From the NCBI GenBank assembly GCA_963675755.2, contig CAXXMD010000003.1:768001-832000 (forward strand): a stretch of 64,000 nucleotides of DNA, written 5' to 3'. Position numbers and translations under genes: made by a program. The notes below the pieces were generated by a model. That model had not been told where the DNA came from, made no database searches, and worked only from the letters and a program-made list of their open reading frames with translations. Positions 8,360 through 20,600 of this stretch are shown in pieces. Positions within the stretch are counted from its first letter, which is position 1. Every line of letters begins with the position of its first letter. The stretch is from a bacterium (lineage in GTDB: Bacteria > Zhuqueibacterota > Zhuqueibacteria > Residuimicrobiales > Krinioviventaceae).

Positions 8360-10591
8360 TTAATTTAATAATAACATTTTATGATATTTTTCAAAATCGC
8401 CGGATTTGAATTTAAGAAAATATACACCGCTGGCAAGCCGATAACCCAGATCGTCCCTGCCATCCCAAACAAATTGGTGCGGACCGGCTGTTCTGGATGC
8501 GTCTAAAATATTACGCACCCGTTGACCCAAAATATTGTATACCGCCATCTCTACATACTGGGTACTGGTTTTAACAGGAAGCTCGAATACTATATTCACA
8601 CTTTCCTTAAAAGGATTCGGATATGTTTCTAATATATAATCATAATCCTCATCCTCGCCCAACGATCCTTGCAGTGCTGTAAAAACATTCATCTTGCCAT
8701 AACCCCAGTCATCATTGGGCAGACTGCCGGTCAAGTTGCTGCCGGTTGCCGAATTGACTAACAGATCTCTAATTACAGTTGCCGTTGTAGATACATTGGT
8801 AGAATCTTTATACTTTTCAAAGATCAGCGCAACCGCACCGGTTACATGCGGGGCTGCCATACTGGTACCGCTGGAAAGTGCCTGTACCCCGGATTCAGAG
8901 ATCAATGCATTAGGCAATTCATCATCAGCCCCATAAAAAATACTGGAACTACTGGTGGGCGGTGCATCTATTGAATAACTGCTCTCAATAATGTGCCCGG
9001 GAGCTGTCAGGTCCGGCTTGACGCGACCATCACGGGTTGGCCCCGGACTAGAAAAGTAAGCAATGTCCTCAAGCTTAACCAATCCTGTGGTATCAAAAGA
9101 TAAATAATTACCATCCAGATCCGTCCAGGTCTTTTTACTCACATAAGCACCAACGGTTATTGCATTTTTAGATGTGCCAGGCACAGATATTTTACCATTA
9201 TCTACCGCCCCTGTTCCAAACTCTACAGCCATGGTGGCATTTGCAATCCAGGCATCTACATTGCCCTCTGTTCCACTGAAACGGAGTTTCCATTCACCCG
9301 CTGCCGGAGGCTGTGTCATGTTTTCATCGCTTACTTCTACATAGATCTCGTAACTGCCAATAATTGGTGAAGCGCCCATCACATAACCGCCTTGCTGTTC
9401 ATAAAACCCATTCCAGACATATACAGTGCCGTCATCCGTTTGATCTTCTATAACATCTCCCTGACGAATCGGACCGATAGTTCTTCCCTCCGGTGTTACC
9501 ACCGTTACAGACACATTCTGGTCACCATCATACCAAATATCCAAACCCACAAAATCATTGGCATTACCCAGATTTGCCGAGTATGGAGAAATGTTGAATG
9601 TAATTTCTTTACTGGTGGTACTGCCGCTAAATACAGCCTGTCCGTGAATATTTAAATCTCTGTCGTTTCCGGCAACATTTACAACCGCTTTGCCAGGCTT
9701 ACCAGGCCCCACCAAACCATCTATAACACGTTCAACACTGGAGGTGCCGTTATGAGCTCCCCAATGACCTCCCAGGCTCATATTCACAACATAAGGCATG
9801 TCTAAATAGGTTGCCAGACTGTCAATAAAATGCAGAGCGATTATCTGATCGGCAGTTAAAAACTCACTGCTCAATTGATCACGGGTAGCTTTAACAATGA
9901 TTAAATCGGCTTCCGGCGCAACACCACAATACTTTCCGAATCCCGCACCATCACTTCCATCACCGGCAGCAATACCAGCCACATGCGTTCCATGACCAGA
10001 ATAATCCCGTTGCGCAACTGTTCCCGCTCCCTTTAGCGCATTGTTGATATCATCTTCTGTATATAGTGTGCCTCCATATACAGAACCATCTTTACTGAAA
10101 TCCAACAGATATTTGATACGGGTATTCTGCTCTGCGTCTATAAAATCCTGATGGGTCCAGTCAATTCCGGAATCAATGATACCAATCAAAACACCTTTGC
10201 CGGTGTAACCCAGCTGCTCGCGCGCGTTAACCGCACCAATGTACGCGGTGCTTTTATCCAGCAAGGGTTTATCTGCAACGGACATTTGCACATACTGAAC
10301 ATTATCAAGCGATGCCAAATCATTCAACCGATCCACTGACAACTCGAGAATAGCCCACTGTTTGTGAACACATCGAATATGACCCAGTTTGGCCAATTCC
10401 GCTACATCACCATCAAATTCTACAATGGTTTCAACTTGCCAGCCAGAAGCGGTTTTTTTTAAACCCTGTTCCTGCAAGCCTTCTGCGCGCTGAGGATATA
10501 GTGTCAGTAGTCCCAATTGCGGGCCAAGCTTTTCAATCCCTGCCCACAACTGGCTGCATAATATTAACAATAGAATTATATATTTTTTCAA
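8360..10591 (-). CDS. Secreted S8 subtilase with a large insert in the catalytic domain (CspABC-like layout) and FlgD/T9SS-A-like tail
   Basis: Signal peptide; IIDSGID, HGTHVAGIAAG, SGTSMAAPHV triad; YPNPF...WDG...SGVYF tail. Confidence 0.9.
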   Translation of the reverse strand: MKKYIILLLILCSQLWAGIEKLGPQLGLLTLYPQRAEGLQEQGLKKTASGWQVETIVEFDGDVAELAKLGHIRCVHKQWAILELSVDRLNDLASLDNVQYVQMSVADKPLLDKSTAYIGAVNAREQLGYTGKGVLIGIIDSGIDWTHQDFIDAEQNTRIKYLLDFSKDGSVYGGTLYTEDDINNALKGAGTVAQRDYSGHGTHVAGIAAGDGSDGAGFGKYCGVAPEADLIIVKATRDQLSSEFLTADQIIALHFIDSLATYLDMPYVVNMSLGGHWGAHNGTSSVERVIDGLVGPGKPGKAVVNVAGNDRDLNIHGQAVFSGSTTSKEITFNISPYSANLGNANDFVGLDIWYDGDQNVSVTVVTPEGRTIGPIRQGDVIEDQTDDGTVYVWNGFYEQQGGYVMGASPIIGSYEIYVEVSDENMTQPPAAGEWKLRFSGTEGNVDAWIANATMAVEFGTGAVDNGKISVPGTSKNAITVGAYVSKKTWTDLDGNYLSFDTTGLVKLEDIAYFSSPGPTRDGRVKPDLTAPGHIIESSYSIDAPPTSSSSIFYGADDELPNALISESGVQALSSGTSMAAPHVTGAVALIFEKYKDSTNVSTTATVIRDLLVNSATGSNLTGSLPNDDWGYGKMNVFTALQGSLGEDEDYDYILETYPNPFKESVNIVFELPVKTSTQYVEMAVYNILGQRVRNILDASRTAGPHQFVWDGRDDLGYRLASGVYFLKFKSGDFEKYHKMLLLN

Positions 10592-10647
10592 ATATCACCT
10601 GCATGTTTATGAATAAATACGCAAATATTCCATCAGGGTTCCATCCA

Positions 10648-13600
10648 TTAACGATTGCTAAGCTGGTCCCGTTTTTTTCTGGCAGGTTCATAATCAGAAT
10701 CCAGCAACAATGCACGGTCCAGTTCGGATACAGCTTCTTTGACCATCCCCTTCATTTCATAAGCCTGGGCCAGATAAAAATGCGCAGGGACAAAGTTAAA
10801 ATCGACTTCTGTCGCTTTTTTGAAATTTCGAAATGCCGGATCAAGCTTGCCCATTTTCCAGTAACACATTCCGGCATAAAAATAAGAGGCGCCATAGCCT
10901 GGGTCCAGCTGCTGGGCCTGTTCCAGTTCACGCAAGGCAATATCCGGGCGATTTTGCATATAATAGATCACACCCAAATGATGATGCGGCTGAGCATACT
11001 GCGGATCAAGCTGCACTGCCTTGTTAAACATCTGAAACGCAGATTGAACATTCCGCTCTTCCATATAAATCTCACCCAGTGCCTGGTGCGCACGTGCATT
11101 ACGCGGATTCAACTGGATCATTTTTTCCAGTTCGCCTTTCCGGCGATCAATCAACCCATCCAGATATAATGTATTTTGGTTTCCGGGACTTTTTTCAAGC
11201 GCCTGATTATAAAACTCGTGTGCTTTGTCATACTCACCCATCCAGGCCATTACCTGTCCTTTTGAAACCAGCGATTTGGTATCATCCATGCGTTTCAGGT
11301 TTTCCTGCACGGTATCCGGTTTAGCAACATTGTACAAATATGGCCATGCTGAACCTTTAAGGTATCCTAAACTTGTCATTACTTCTGTATTAACTGACAC
11401 ACTCATTTCCCGAGAAAACTCGATAAACGGCAAGTCATCTGAATTGATAGGTGCGGGTTCACCGTACTCGTACAGTTTATCATCCGCAATCAAAAAACAA
11501 CTCAACAATTCATATGGATCTTCCATATTGACTTCACGCAGGTCTTTATTGACTTCCGGAATGGATAAGCGCTCAAGTAATCTTGCATAATCAATTTTAA
11601 AGGGCTGCATAGTGGCCATTAACAACATGTGCGAGGGGTTTACATACCACAATGAGCTGTGGGGATATACATGACAAAATGTATTGATCAATGACTGGTA
11701 TTCCAGTTCAGTAATAGCATTGGGTGGCAGCCATGCGATAATAATACCATCATCTGTTAAAATCTCTTTACACATTTCATAAAATTCAAGTGTATACAGA
11801 TTGGGACTGATTTTAGGATGGATTGCGTTAAACGAAATCACATCATATTTTTTGTTCGTGCCCTTTATATATTCTCTACCATCTGCAAAGATCAGATTGT
11901 AATTGGGATGATCAATTACATTATGGTTCTGCTTTTCAAAATAGGGTGCGGTATCAATCTCGTCTTTAACCAGTTCAACACAGTCCACCTGTACATCAGG
12001 ATACAGTACAGACGCCCAGGATGTACTTCCGAACCCAAATCCCACAACCAGAACATCCTGAGGATCGGGATGAATCAGCAGCGGCAAATGGCCCAGCAGT
12101 TTGTGGACCTGCATATCCTGGTATATGGTAAAAGCAGTAGATTCACCATTGATATTCAATTCCCGTTCACCGGTTATGCGGTCCTCAAGCACAGCTATGG
12201 AAGCATCAATACCCTCTTTATAGTGCAACAGATCATAACGCTTCATTGAACCTTCAAACTCTACACTGGAAAGTACAATAGGATCTCTATTGGTATTAAA
12301 GGCAACCAGCACCATAGCCAGTATGGCAATAGCAGACCAGATATAACGATTGTTGCGTTTGATATCGGGATGATAAAGAAAAACAGTTAATCCCACTAGC
12401 AGGTTGATCATGACCACAATTGCAATACTTAACCGTAGTCCGGCAAAGGGTATTAAAATAAATCCTGCGGCAAAAGAGCCCGCAATAGAACCAATTGTAT
12501 TCGCGGCATAAATTTTACCTACATTTTCACCAATTCCCTTTATGCTTTTGTTGTAACTTTTAACAACGATGGGAAAAGTGGCACCCATTAGCAATGTAGG
12601 AACAAGCATAACCAGGAATGACAATAAAAATTTAACACCTACATTAGACCACCAGTCATTGTAGCCCAAACTCATTCTCAGATTGTTGCTAATGTCATAC
12701 ATGTTTCCAATCAACGGAATCACGGCAAGTGCAGACAAACCAATCAAAACCTCTATAATAGCAAACAGCTTCAAATGGTCTTTGACCTTGTCCACAAACC
12801 GGGAGGCAAAGAAACTACCCAGAGCTATACCTACCAGAAATGTTGTTAAAATTGTTGTAAACGTATAAGTTGTGAGTCCCAGAAAGTAAAGCAGTGAACG
12901 CGTCCATAAAATTTCATAAGCAAGTGAAGCCAATCCGGAAAAACCAAAACCCCACAGCAGCAGACGGTAAACCCGTTTTTCGCTCTTGTCTGCAATTTTT
13001 TGTTCTTCAACAATCTCACTCTCGGGAACCGGTTTGGCACTTATGAGCATAAACTGACCGATCAGAATTGCACCCGCACCAGCCAGGATATTAATTGCAG
13101 CAGCAATAAAAACAGTAACTTGTACACCAAACAACTTGATCAAAAAGAAACCGGTCACAAACGCACCAATGACCGCTCCCAGCGTATTAAAAGAATACAA
13201 ATAGCCGGCAAGTCTGCCCACATGTCCTTTTTTGTTCACAAAGAATTTGATCAGAATTGGCAGCGTTCCGCCCATTAACACGGTAGGAATCAAAATCACA
13301 ATGAATGCAACCACAAACCGGATAATTGAAAATACAGCAAAATTGGGTGAAAAAGCCACATAGATAAGAGTATATAGCTGATCAAGCAGTTTAAAGATAA
13401 ACAGAGAGGCAAGCGCGTAAAGTCCTACACCTACTTCAAGGTACCCATATAATCGCAATGGAGAGCTGGAATGGTCTGCCCGCTTACCAAAGTACCAACT
13501 GCCGACCGACAACCCAGCCATATATGCAGAAACAACTGTACTTGCCGCAAATGCGGTAACTCCAAAAATCAGCTTCAGCATGCGCATCCATACAACCTGG

Positions 13601-13740
13601 TAAACCAGGCCGCTGATGCCTGAAAACAGAAACAGAGCAAGTACGAGGATTTGAATTTTATAATTCCAAAACAAGGGAACCAGTTGTGTTTTTTTCGTTT
13701 GAATCGGTTTTTTTTCGCTTCTATTCTTATTGCGTGCCAC
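10648..13740 (-). CDS. Fused multi-TM membrane / spermidine-synthase-like SAM-fold protein with C-terminal TPRs
   Basis: SGISGLVYQVVW and SGLASLAYEILW TM repeats; VLVVGFGFGST, VELV, ADGREY, YDVIS; TPR repeats; GTG start with SD GGAG. Confidence 0.88.
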   Translation of the reverse strand: MARNKNRSEKKPIQTKKTQLVPLFWNYKIQILVLALFLFSGISGLVYQVVWMRMLKLIFGVTAFAASTVVSAYMAGLSVGSWYFGKRADHSSSPLRLYGYLEVGVGLYALASLFIFKLLDQLYTLIYVAFSPNFAVFSIIRFVVAFIVILIPTVLMGGTLPILIKFFVNKKGHVGRLAGYLYSFNTLGAVIGAFVTGFFLIKLFGVQVTVFIAAAINILAGAGAILIGQFMLISAKPVPESEIVEEQKIADKSEKRVYRLLLWGFGFSGLASLAYEILWTRSLLYFLGLTTYTFTTILTTFLVGIALGSFFASRFVDKVKDHLKLFAIIEVLIGLSALAVIPLIGNMYDISNNLRMSLGYNDWWSNVGVKFLLSFLVMLVPTLLMGATFPIVVKSYNKSIKGIGENVGKIYAANTIGSIAGSFAAGFILIPFAGLRLSIAIVVMINLLVGLTVFLYHPDIKRNNRYIWSAIAILAMVLVAFNTNRDPIVLSSVEFEGSMKRYDLLHYKEGIDASIAVLEDRITGERELNINGESTAFTIYQDMQVHKLLGHLPLLIHPDPQDVLVVGFGFGSTSWASVLYPDVQVDCVELVKDEIDTAPYFEKQNHNVIDHPNYNLIFADGREYIKGTNKKYDVISFNAIHPKISPNLYTLEFYEMCKEILTDDGIIIAWLPPNAITELEYQSLINTFCHVYPHSSLWYVNPSHMLLMATMQPFKIDYARLLERLSIPEVNKDLREVNMEDPYELLSCFLIADDKLYEYGEPAPINSDDLPFIEFSREMSVSVNTEVMTSLGYLKGSAWPYLYNVAKPDTVQENLKRMDDTKSLVSKGQVMAWMGEYDKAHEFYNQALEKSPGNQNTLYLDGLIDRRKGELEKMIQLNPRNARAHQALGEIYMEERNVQSAFQMFNKAVQLDPQYAQPHHHLGVIYYMQNRPDIALRELEQAQQLDPGYGASYFYAGMCYWKMGKLDPAFRNFKKATEVDFNFVPAHFYLAQAYEMKGMVKEAVSELDRALLLDSDYEPARKKRDQLSNR

Positions 13741-13810
13741 TCAATACTCCGGGATTATGTCATCGTTTATATTAATATAGAATAAATTCAAATAAAAAGC
13801 AGGTAAAATC

Positions 13811-16800
13811 TCATCGCAGCAGTAAAACTTTGGTAACCCGTGAGAAAGCATCTGTTTGCATTTTGATCAAATACATACCGGAACCAGCTTCATCATGAGC
13901 ATCTGTGTGTCCATCCCAGTGGACCCGATGTACACCGGGCTGTACCCACTCGTGCGCCAGTGTTCTTATTTTTTGCCCCAGCACGTTATAAACGGCAATA
14001 TCCACGATTGCACTTTTCGGCACCGTATATTCCAGGGATGTACCCGCATTAAAGGGATTGGGATAGCTGCTGCTCAAATTCCACTCAAGAGGTGCGGAAA
14101 TTTCATTTTCTATATCAGAAGTGGATTTGTCGTACAATTTAAAATCATCAATATACCAACCCGCGTCTTCAGTCTGGGCTGTACTGACAAAATGGATACG
14201 AATCAGTACAGTTTGGTTTAAATAATCTGCAAGGTCAAAAGTCGCAAGCTGCCATGCTGAAATAGCCCCGCTAAATGCAGGTTCGTTTGGCAATGCTGTC
14301 AGGCTTTCACAATCATAACCTGCTTGTGGCTGCAATACCGTCCAGGTTGCGCCATCATCAATAGAGATCTTTACATTGCCGCCATCAAAACCACTGTTTA
14401 GATAATCCATTTGATAGTATTGCCGAAACTCGAGAAAAGGTTCAGCCATACCATCCAGATCCACAGGCAGTGTTGTTATTGAATTGTCGGCATTTGCTGT
14501 ATAGTCTCCATCCAGCTCGGTTCCCCAGCAATTCATACCGGAAAATGCAGTTTCAGGACCTCTGAACTGTAAACCGGGGCCGGGTTCTCCCCATTGCCAT
14601 AAACCATCCGTTTGCAGCAATCCGGGACCGGATTCAAAATCTACAAAAAATTCATCAGTTCCAAATGTTAGTGTAAAATTCAAATCACTCTTGCCCGTTT
14701 CCGGAATTGAAACCAGGGTATCCAAAAAACTTGACGACGGGGCATTCACATAAAACCTGACTTTACCCGGCAGGACCGCACCAAACTCAAAGGCACCATC
14801 ATCACCAGAAACAGTTTTTGTGTTTTGATCAATCAGTATAACTGAGGCGTTCCGCAAAGGCGATCCGGAATCCGTATAAACATGGCCCTGCACTGAAACA
14901 GGATCCATCTGTTCAAGCTCATAATCAAATACCATATCATCCATATTGACTGCAACGGTATCGATTAAAGTTCCAAACCCGTTAGCACTTAACTGTACAA
15001 TATATTTTCCAATGGGGAGATCATGGATTTCATACAACCCATTTTCATCTCCTGCAACAGACAGAGTATACTCACTCCACAGAGCGTTCAGTTCAACAAG
15101 AGGATTCGGGACAGCTCCCTCACCCTGGGTTACCTGGCCTGATATTTCGGCAAATTCAGAGTCTACGATAAAGGATTTGGACTGGATCATGTAGCCAGCT
15201 TTAGCGGCTTTGATTGACAATTCACCATCATATTGGGGGATAACAGAAAAATCAGCGCTTGCATACACCGCATCTAAACCACAGCCCGAAACGTAAAACG
15301 AATCCGCCTCGGGAACAGCTGTTACCGTAACGTTTGTCAGCACACCCGGCATGAATAAAATATTGTCAAGCGCAATAGCCGGTTCTGCGGAGACCGTAAA
15401 TGCAGTAAATACTGAACCGGATTGTACGGGAAGCACACCGGAATATAAAAGGATTTCATCTCCGACTCTGTTGCCGGTTATGATCAAATCCTGTCCGTAC
15501 AATGAAAGCAATTCCAGGCTTGCGTTACCATTTTCGTCGGTAATACAATTTAGAGTGCCTGATACACCAACACCTGCAACATGGATCTCAAAATCGGGTA
15601 CAGGGCCTATACCGGATTGCTGAACGTGAAATTCTACTTGTTGATTTTCACCAACTGTCAGGTATGTGGGATTTGTTGTAATGGTTATATCGGTATCAAT
15701 GTATATAGACTTGATCGCTGTTTCATGCCCAGGTTGACTGACCGTCAACAAGATATTATCATATAATGCCAGATCACGATCAATGGCTATTTCTGCAATG
15801 CCCTGTTGGGTATATGCGCTTCCCAGCAATTCTCCCTGAACGCTGATTGCCGCCAAGGCGTTGCCGGCGGAGCCTGATGAAACAGATACCGTAACCCTGT
15901 CAATATTGGCCGGCAAGGTATCGGGTGCGGTTACAGCAAGCGCCTGGGGCTGCCCCATCCAGACCGGCAGTGTGGGATCACCCAATATATTGTAAATTTC
16001 CTGATAAATATCATAATAGGCATATCCACGCGTAAACAGTTCAAACCTTGCAGCCATAACACTTTCGGATATTGTCGAATATCCACCATTATCAATGGCA
16101 TTGAACAGGCGGTCCTGCAAAAAATAATCCTGATACCACATGGAAAGGTCTGTAGAGCCCAGGAACAATGCGGCACCGGTATTTTCATATTTCAACCAGC
16201 TTTCGCCCAAACATTCAACCTGCCCATAATCACCTGCGTTACAACCAAAACTAAACACCAATGGGTACCGGTCCATATTGTTAAAATAATAAATATCCAC
16301 CAAATTAAACGGCTCAACAGCGGTGCCCAAGTCACTCCAGTTGCCAATACTGCCATGCCCGGAATAAACCACACTGGCAGTACCGCGCTCAAAAGCCTGG
16401 TTCAGTGGAGTTTTGTCGGGAGAATCAAACGTCCAGATAGAATCGCTGGATACACTATTGGGGGTAAAATATCTTGAAATACTTTTCCGATGCCCGTCTT
16501 GAACAAAATCATAAAAATTCTCATCTTGTGTTGCTATAAAGGTAGCATAATCCAGCCAACTCTGGTCCGTGTCATTCAATTGCTCATATGAGAGGCTTTT
16601 TGAGACCATAATCGCCAACTCGGATGCGGAGGATGCGGGGAAACGGCCTACAAACAGATCGGTAAACACATCCCCGCCACCATCCATCTCGCCATAATAC
16701 AGATCTGTGGTGTGTGTAACGTATGGGTTCAGCGTATGCCCACCATCAAACGCAGGTATCACCTCTGTCCCTCCTGCCAACAGAACATACTGTGGAGGAT

Positions 16801-17668
16801 TTTCCCATGTATAATAAGCATTTTGAATGTATTGACGAATGGACGCGGTATCGCTTCCGGTTTGGGCAAGAGTCGCAACTGTAACATTGTAACCTTTTTG
16901 ACGCTTCCATGTAACCAGCGGAGTTATTGCATTTACAAATGATTCCGGAGTAATAACCAGCAATACAGGCGGGGCCTGAACGGCTTCAAATGTTAATTGG
17001 GGATTGGAAACAAAAGTATCCAATACGGAATCAAAACCTGAAACAGGGTATTTACTGCTTACGGGCACATAACCGTGCTGCACCTCGAATGACAGTTCCG
17101 GATAGTAGCGAATTTTAGCAGTAACCGGATTGTATTGCAAAGGATAATAATCAATCCTGACATAACGTTTTCCCCGGATTCGAGCGAATCCTCCAACAAC
17201 AACCGGTTCAGCCGGAAAGAACTCATCGTTTCTGTAAACATCCCCTTTATCATAGACAGGTGGTTGTGACGCATCTGTTATGTTATAAGATGCAACCGGT
17301 ATAATGGGGTGAGCCCAACCGCTCTTTTCAAGATCCATCAACTCCATTGATCCGGGATGAATCTCAATATGCACATCACCTTTAATCGGAACCTCTAACA
17401 AACGATACATAACCGGTAACTGGGGAAATCCGGGTTGTTTGCTTAAATCCGTACCTGGAATTTCTACCTTGCACCAGTCAGCGTCTTGAGCACGTTGGTC
17501 CGTTATTTCAAAACCGGTAATTCTCACATTAAAGACAGAACCATTCTCCTGAACATCAAGAGATGTCTGTTCTGTACCAGTCTTTAAATGGGAAACCCAG
17601 CGAGCAAAAACATCGCCGGGTTTTCCAATAAATACTAGTAAAAATATGTAGAATAAAACATGTCTCAC
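13811..17668 (-). CDS. C25 (gingipain-like) cysteine peptidase with propeptide, Ig/carboxypeptidase-regulatory-like and MAM-like domains, and FlgD/T9SS-A-like tail
   Basis: WKRQKG, TDLYY, VGRFPA, YSGHGS (His), FGCNAG (Cys), ILGDP; GTGA overlap with the upstream S8. Confidence 0.9.
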   Translation of the reverse strand: MRHVLFYIFLLVFIGKPGDVFARWVSHLKTGTEQTSLDVQENGSVFNVRITGFEITDQRAQDADWCKVEIPGTDLSKQPGFPQLPVMYRLLEVPIKGDVHIEIHPGSMELMDLEKSGWAHPIIPVASYNITDASQPPVYDKGDVYRNDEFFPAEPVVVGGFARIRGKRYVRIDYYPLQYNPVTAKIRYYPELSFEVQHGYVPVSSKYPVSGFDSVLDTFVSNPQLTFEAVQAPPVLLVITPESFVNAITPLVTWKRQKGYNVTVATLAQTGSDTASIRQYIQNAYYTWENPPQYVLLAGGTEVIPAFDGGHTLNPYVTHTTDLYYGEMDGGGDVFTDLFVGRFPASSASELAIMVSKSLSYEQLNDTDQSWLDYATFIATQDENFYDFVQDGHRKSISRYFTPNSVSSDSIWTFDSPDKTPLNQAFERGTASVVYSGHGSIGNWSDLGTAVEPFNLVDIYYFNNMDRYPLVFSFGCNAGDYGQVECLGESWLKYENTGAALFLGSTDLSMWYQDYFLQDRLFNAIDNGGYSTISESVMAARFELFTRGYAYYDIYQEIYNILGDPTLPVWMGQPQALAVTAPDTLPANIDRVTVSVSSGSAGNALAAISVQGELLGSAYTQQGIAEIAIDRDLALYDNILLTVSQPGHETAIKSIYIDTDITITTNPTYLTVGENQQVEFHVQQSGIGPVPDFEIHVAGVGVSGTLNCITDENGNASLELLSLYGQDLIITGNRVGDEILLYSGVLPVQSGSVFTAFTVSAEPAIALDNILFMPGVLTNVTVTAVPEADSFYVSGCGLDAVYASADFSVIPQYDGELSIKAAKAGYMIQSKSFIVDSEFAEISGQVTQGEGAVPNPLVELNALWSEYTLSVAGDENGLYEIHDLPIGKYIVQLSANGFGTLIDTVAVNMDDMVFDYELEQMDPVSVQGHVYTDSGSPLRNASVILIDQNTKTVSGDDGAFEFGAVLPGKVRFYVNAPSSSFLDTLVSIPETGKSDLNFTLTFGTDEFFVDFESGPGLLQTDGLWQWGEPGPGLQFRGPETAFSGMNCWGTELDGDYTANADNSITTLPVDLDGMAEPFLEFRQYYQMDYLNSGFDGGNVKISIDDGATWTVLQPQAGYDCESLTALPNEPAFSGAISAWQLATFDLADYLNQTVLIRIHFVSTAQTEDAGWYIDDFKLYDKSTSDIENEISAPLEWNLSSSYPNPFNAGTSLEYTVPKSAIVDIAVYNVLGQKIRTLAHEWVQPGVHRVHWDGHTDAHDEAGSGMYLIKMQTDAFSRVTKVLLLR

Positions 17669-20600
17669 TTTATCAATATCATCTTTTTCACATTTACAAA
17701 AGATTCGGTTTTAATTTTGTAAAAATAAACACCGGATGATACTTTAACGCCATTATCGTTCAATGCGTTCCAGACGACTTTGTATCGACCAGCCTGATGT
17801 TCGCGATCTACAAGTGTCGCAATGCGTTCACCCAGAATACTGTAAATCTCGATACTAACCTGACCTGCTTTAGGAAGTTCATAAGCAATGGTTGTTACCG
17901 GATTAAAAGGATTCGGATAGTTTTGCATTAAACTGTATTCTGTAGGAACAGATTCTTCTTGAGAATCAATAGCATTTACACCGTCGGCAAGAATATAAAT
18001 ATCATCAAGATAAACACCGTCACCAACATTATTATCACCATCCGCTACCAGATTAAAACGGATCTGAACATTTTCATTTCCTGCACCTACATAATCATTC
18101 AAAGAAACCTGTTCTTCAATCCAGGAGTAACCGGATTCACCCGTATAGGTTTTCAGAGTTTGCCAGTTGGTGCCGTCACGGGATGCTTCAAAATACAGGG
18201 CATCGCCATCACTCAGGATGTAAATCATGTAAAAAGAAACTGTAATTTCGCTTCTTGCAGAGAAATCATAACCATTAACCAGTGTCAAAACAGACTGGCT
18301 ATTGGGTTCGTAGAATCCCAATGGGCTGTCAGTTAATGAATTGTTACCCTGGTGAGAAAAGAAATTGGTTTCCCAAACTGAACCAAGATCCCATTTTGTG
18401 AGTTCTGATTCAAAATCATCAACCAGCAATGTACTGACAATAGAGAAAACAACCGGTTCACTGGTAACACTGTTTGCAGATGTAGAAAGATCTTTGGCAG
18501 TTAAAGTATAACTTACCTGATCACCACTGGTTAAATTACGACTAAAAGTCAGCTCTGCTGTATAGGTTTCATCACCATTAGCAGTCATGGTAACCTGCTG
18601 AGCTTCTTCTTCATTCAACTGGTAATCTATAACTACAGTAGCATCATCAACACCCAGATTATCTGTAATTGTCGCGGTTACAGTAAACGGACCTTCTGCG
18701 TTAAACGTATCCGGAATTTCGGTCATATCAGAAATTACAGGTGCTGTATTATCTGCACCGGCGTAAAAGCTGTATGATTGAACCGGAGCGGTATTGGGAG
18801 ACAGGCTTGAACGGCCCACTTGATCCGTAGCTTTGATATAATATTGAACCTGTTTTTCAGATTGTGCGGGAATGTTTGCAGTCCATGCATCTTCAATAGC
18901 GGCAGACATGCTAACAACGCTAAATGTCTCTTCGCCTTCAGTTTTCCAATACAAATCAGCAGATACAACCTGACCATCACTATTGGTAAGATCTGCAGTA
19001 ACAACATAGGGATTTGCAACATCTTCTGTATCTTTTAAAGGTGAGTGGTTGATAACAATTGAAGACGGTGCCAACACATTGTATTTGGTATGTGCTGCCT
19101 GAGCATTGGCCTTAATGTCTGCAAGGTCGTCACCACCCAGTACAGCAAAAGAAACAACCTGAAGTTCTCCCGGAGCCAGAGTAAAAGGACCGGCAGAGAT
19201 CAAATTTGACCAGTCATATGCATAATCACTTGCAGTAACTACCATACCTTCGGTCATAAACTGATATTTCAACGCATCTGTTAAAGCATTGTCATATAAA
19301 TACTGACTATGATCAATCGCTCTATAGCTTGCAACCTCGGGGTACAACACACTTACACCATAATAATTTGCACCAGATGATGTCATGTATCCTAAACTGG
19401 TTTCAGCATCATAACCTACTGTGTTCAAATTATCTACTGCAATATCAATATCCCAGTCCATAAACAAACCAGCATACAGATCTTCCATGGCCTCATTAGT
19501 ATTGTTCATCAGGGTGTATTCTATAATCACATAATCATCATCGCCAGAATTGTTCCATGCATAACTTTTTTGAACCACATCCAGGCCAATGGGATTTTCA
19601 GCGCGGGAATCGTTAAACATTGCCACACCATCCTGATCAGAAACATCGGCGCTGCCCATTTTCAGATTACCACCTTCACTGGTAATCCAGTCATAGTGAT
19701 CATAGGATGCGTTACCATAAGCACAGTCTGAAACCTGGTCGGGAGCAGCTGCAACACAGAATGCACCCATATATAATGCACTTTCGGTACCTTTGGGGTA
19801 CTGAAAACCGGTTCCAAATTGCTGTCCGGTTTCGGCATAATCGTTATATCCGTAAATACCAAAACTGGTTACTGTAAAATCTACATTATTTATATTATGA
19901 TTATTATACAAGGGTTGAATTATTACATTAATAAATTTTGTTTTTTTGTATGCACCGTCATTACCGGTAATATCCAGTTTTAGAGATACATATTCACCAA
20001 TGGGAGTATCAGAACTTGAAGTCATTACAAATGGACTTGTAGTATTGGTAACACTCTGATCTTTCATTATTGAACCATAAGAAATCGTTGTATTACTCAA
20101 TGTCACATATTCATTTTCAGTACTCATGCTTATACTGACATTTGAAACGTTGTCAAGATAACTTTTCAACTCTACAAAGATGTTGATAGACTCACCAATG
20201 TCAATAATACCGTCATTGTTGCCTGTGGGATCTGTAAAAGAAAAAGACTCTACCTGTACAGAAGAAGGAGATTCTGTCAATGCACGGTAAGCATTAACAC
20301 GTCCCGATCCCAACAATCCCTGATAATCAGGATTGCGATCATCAACCGGATCAGCAGTTTCAAGCAGCTGCAAAGCAACGCGATCACTGCTCCAACCGGG
20401 GTTATTTGCCCAAACCAAACCGGCAATACCTACAACAACCGGACATGCCTGAGATGTACCAGACAAGTAACCATAGCGGTTGCCCGGCAATGTACTGTAA
20501 ATAGTAGTTCCGGGAGCACAAATGTCTACCCATTCACCGTAATTTGAAAAACTGGATTTAATATCAATATCATGAATTGTAGCAGCAACATTCATTACAT

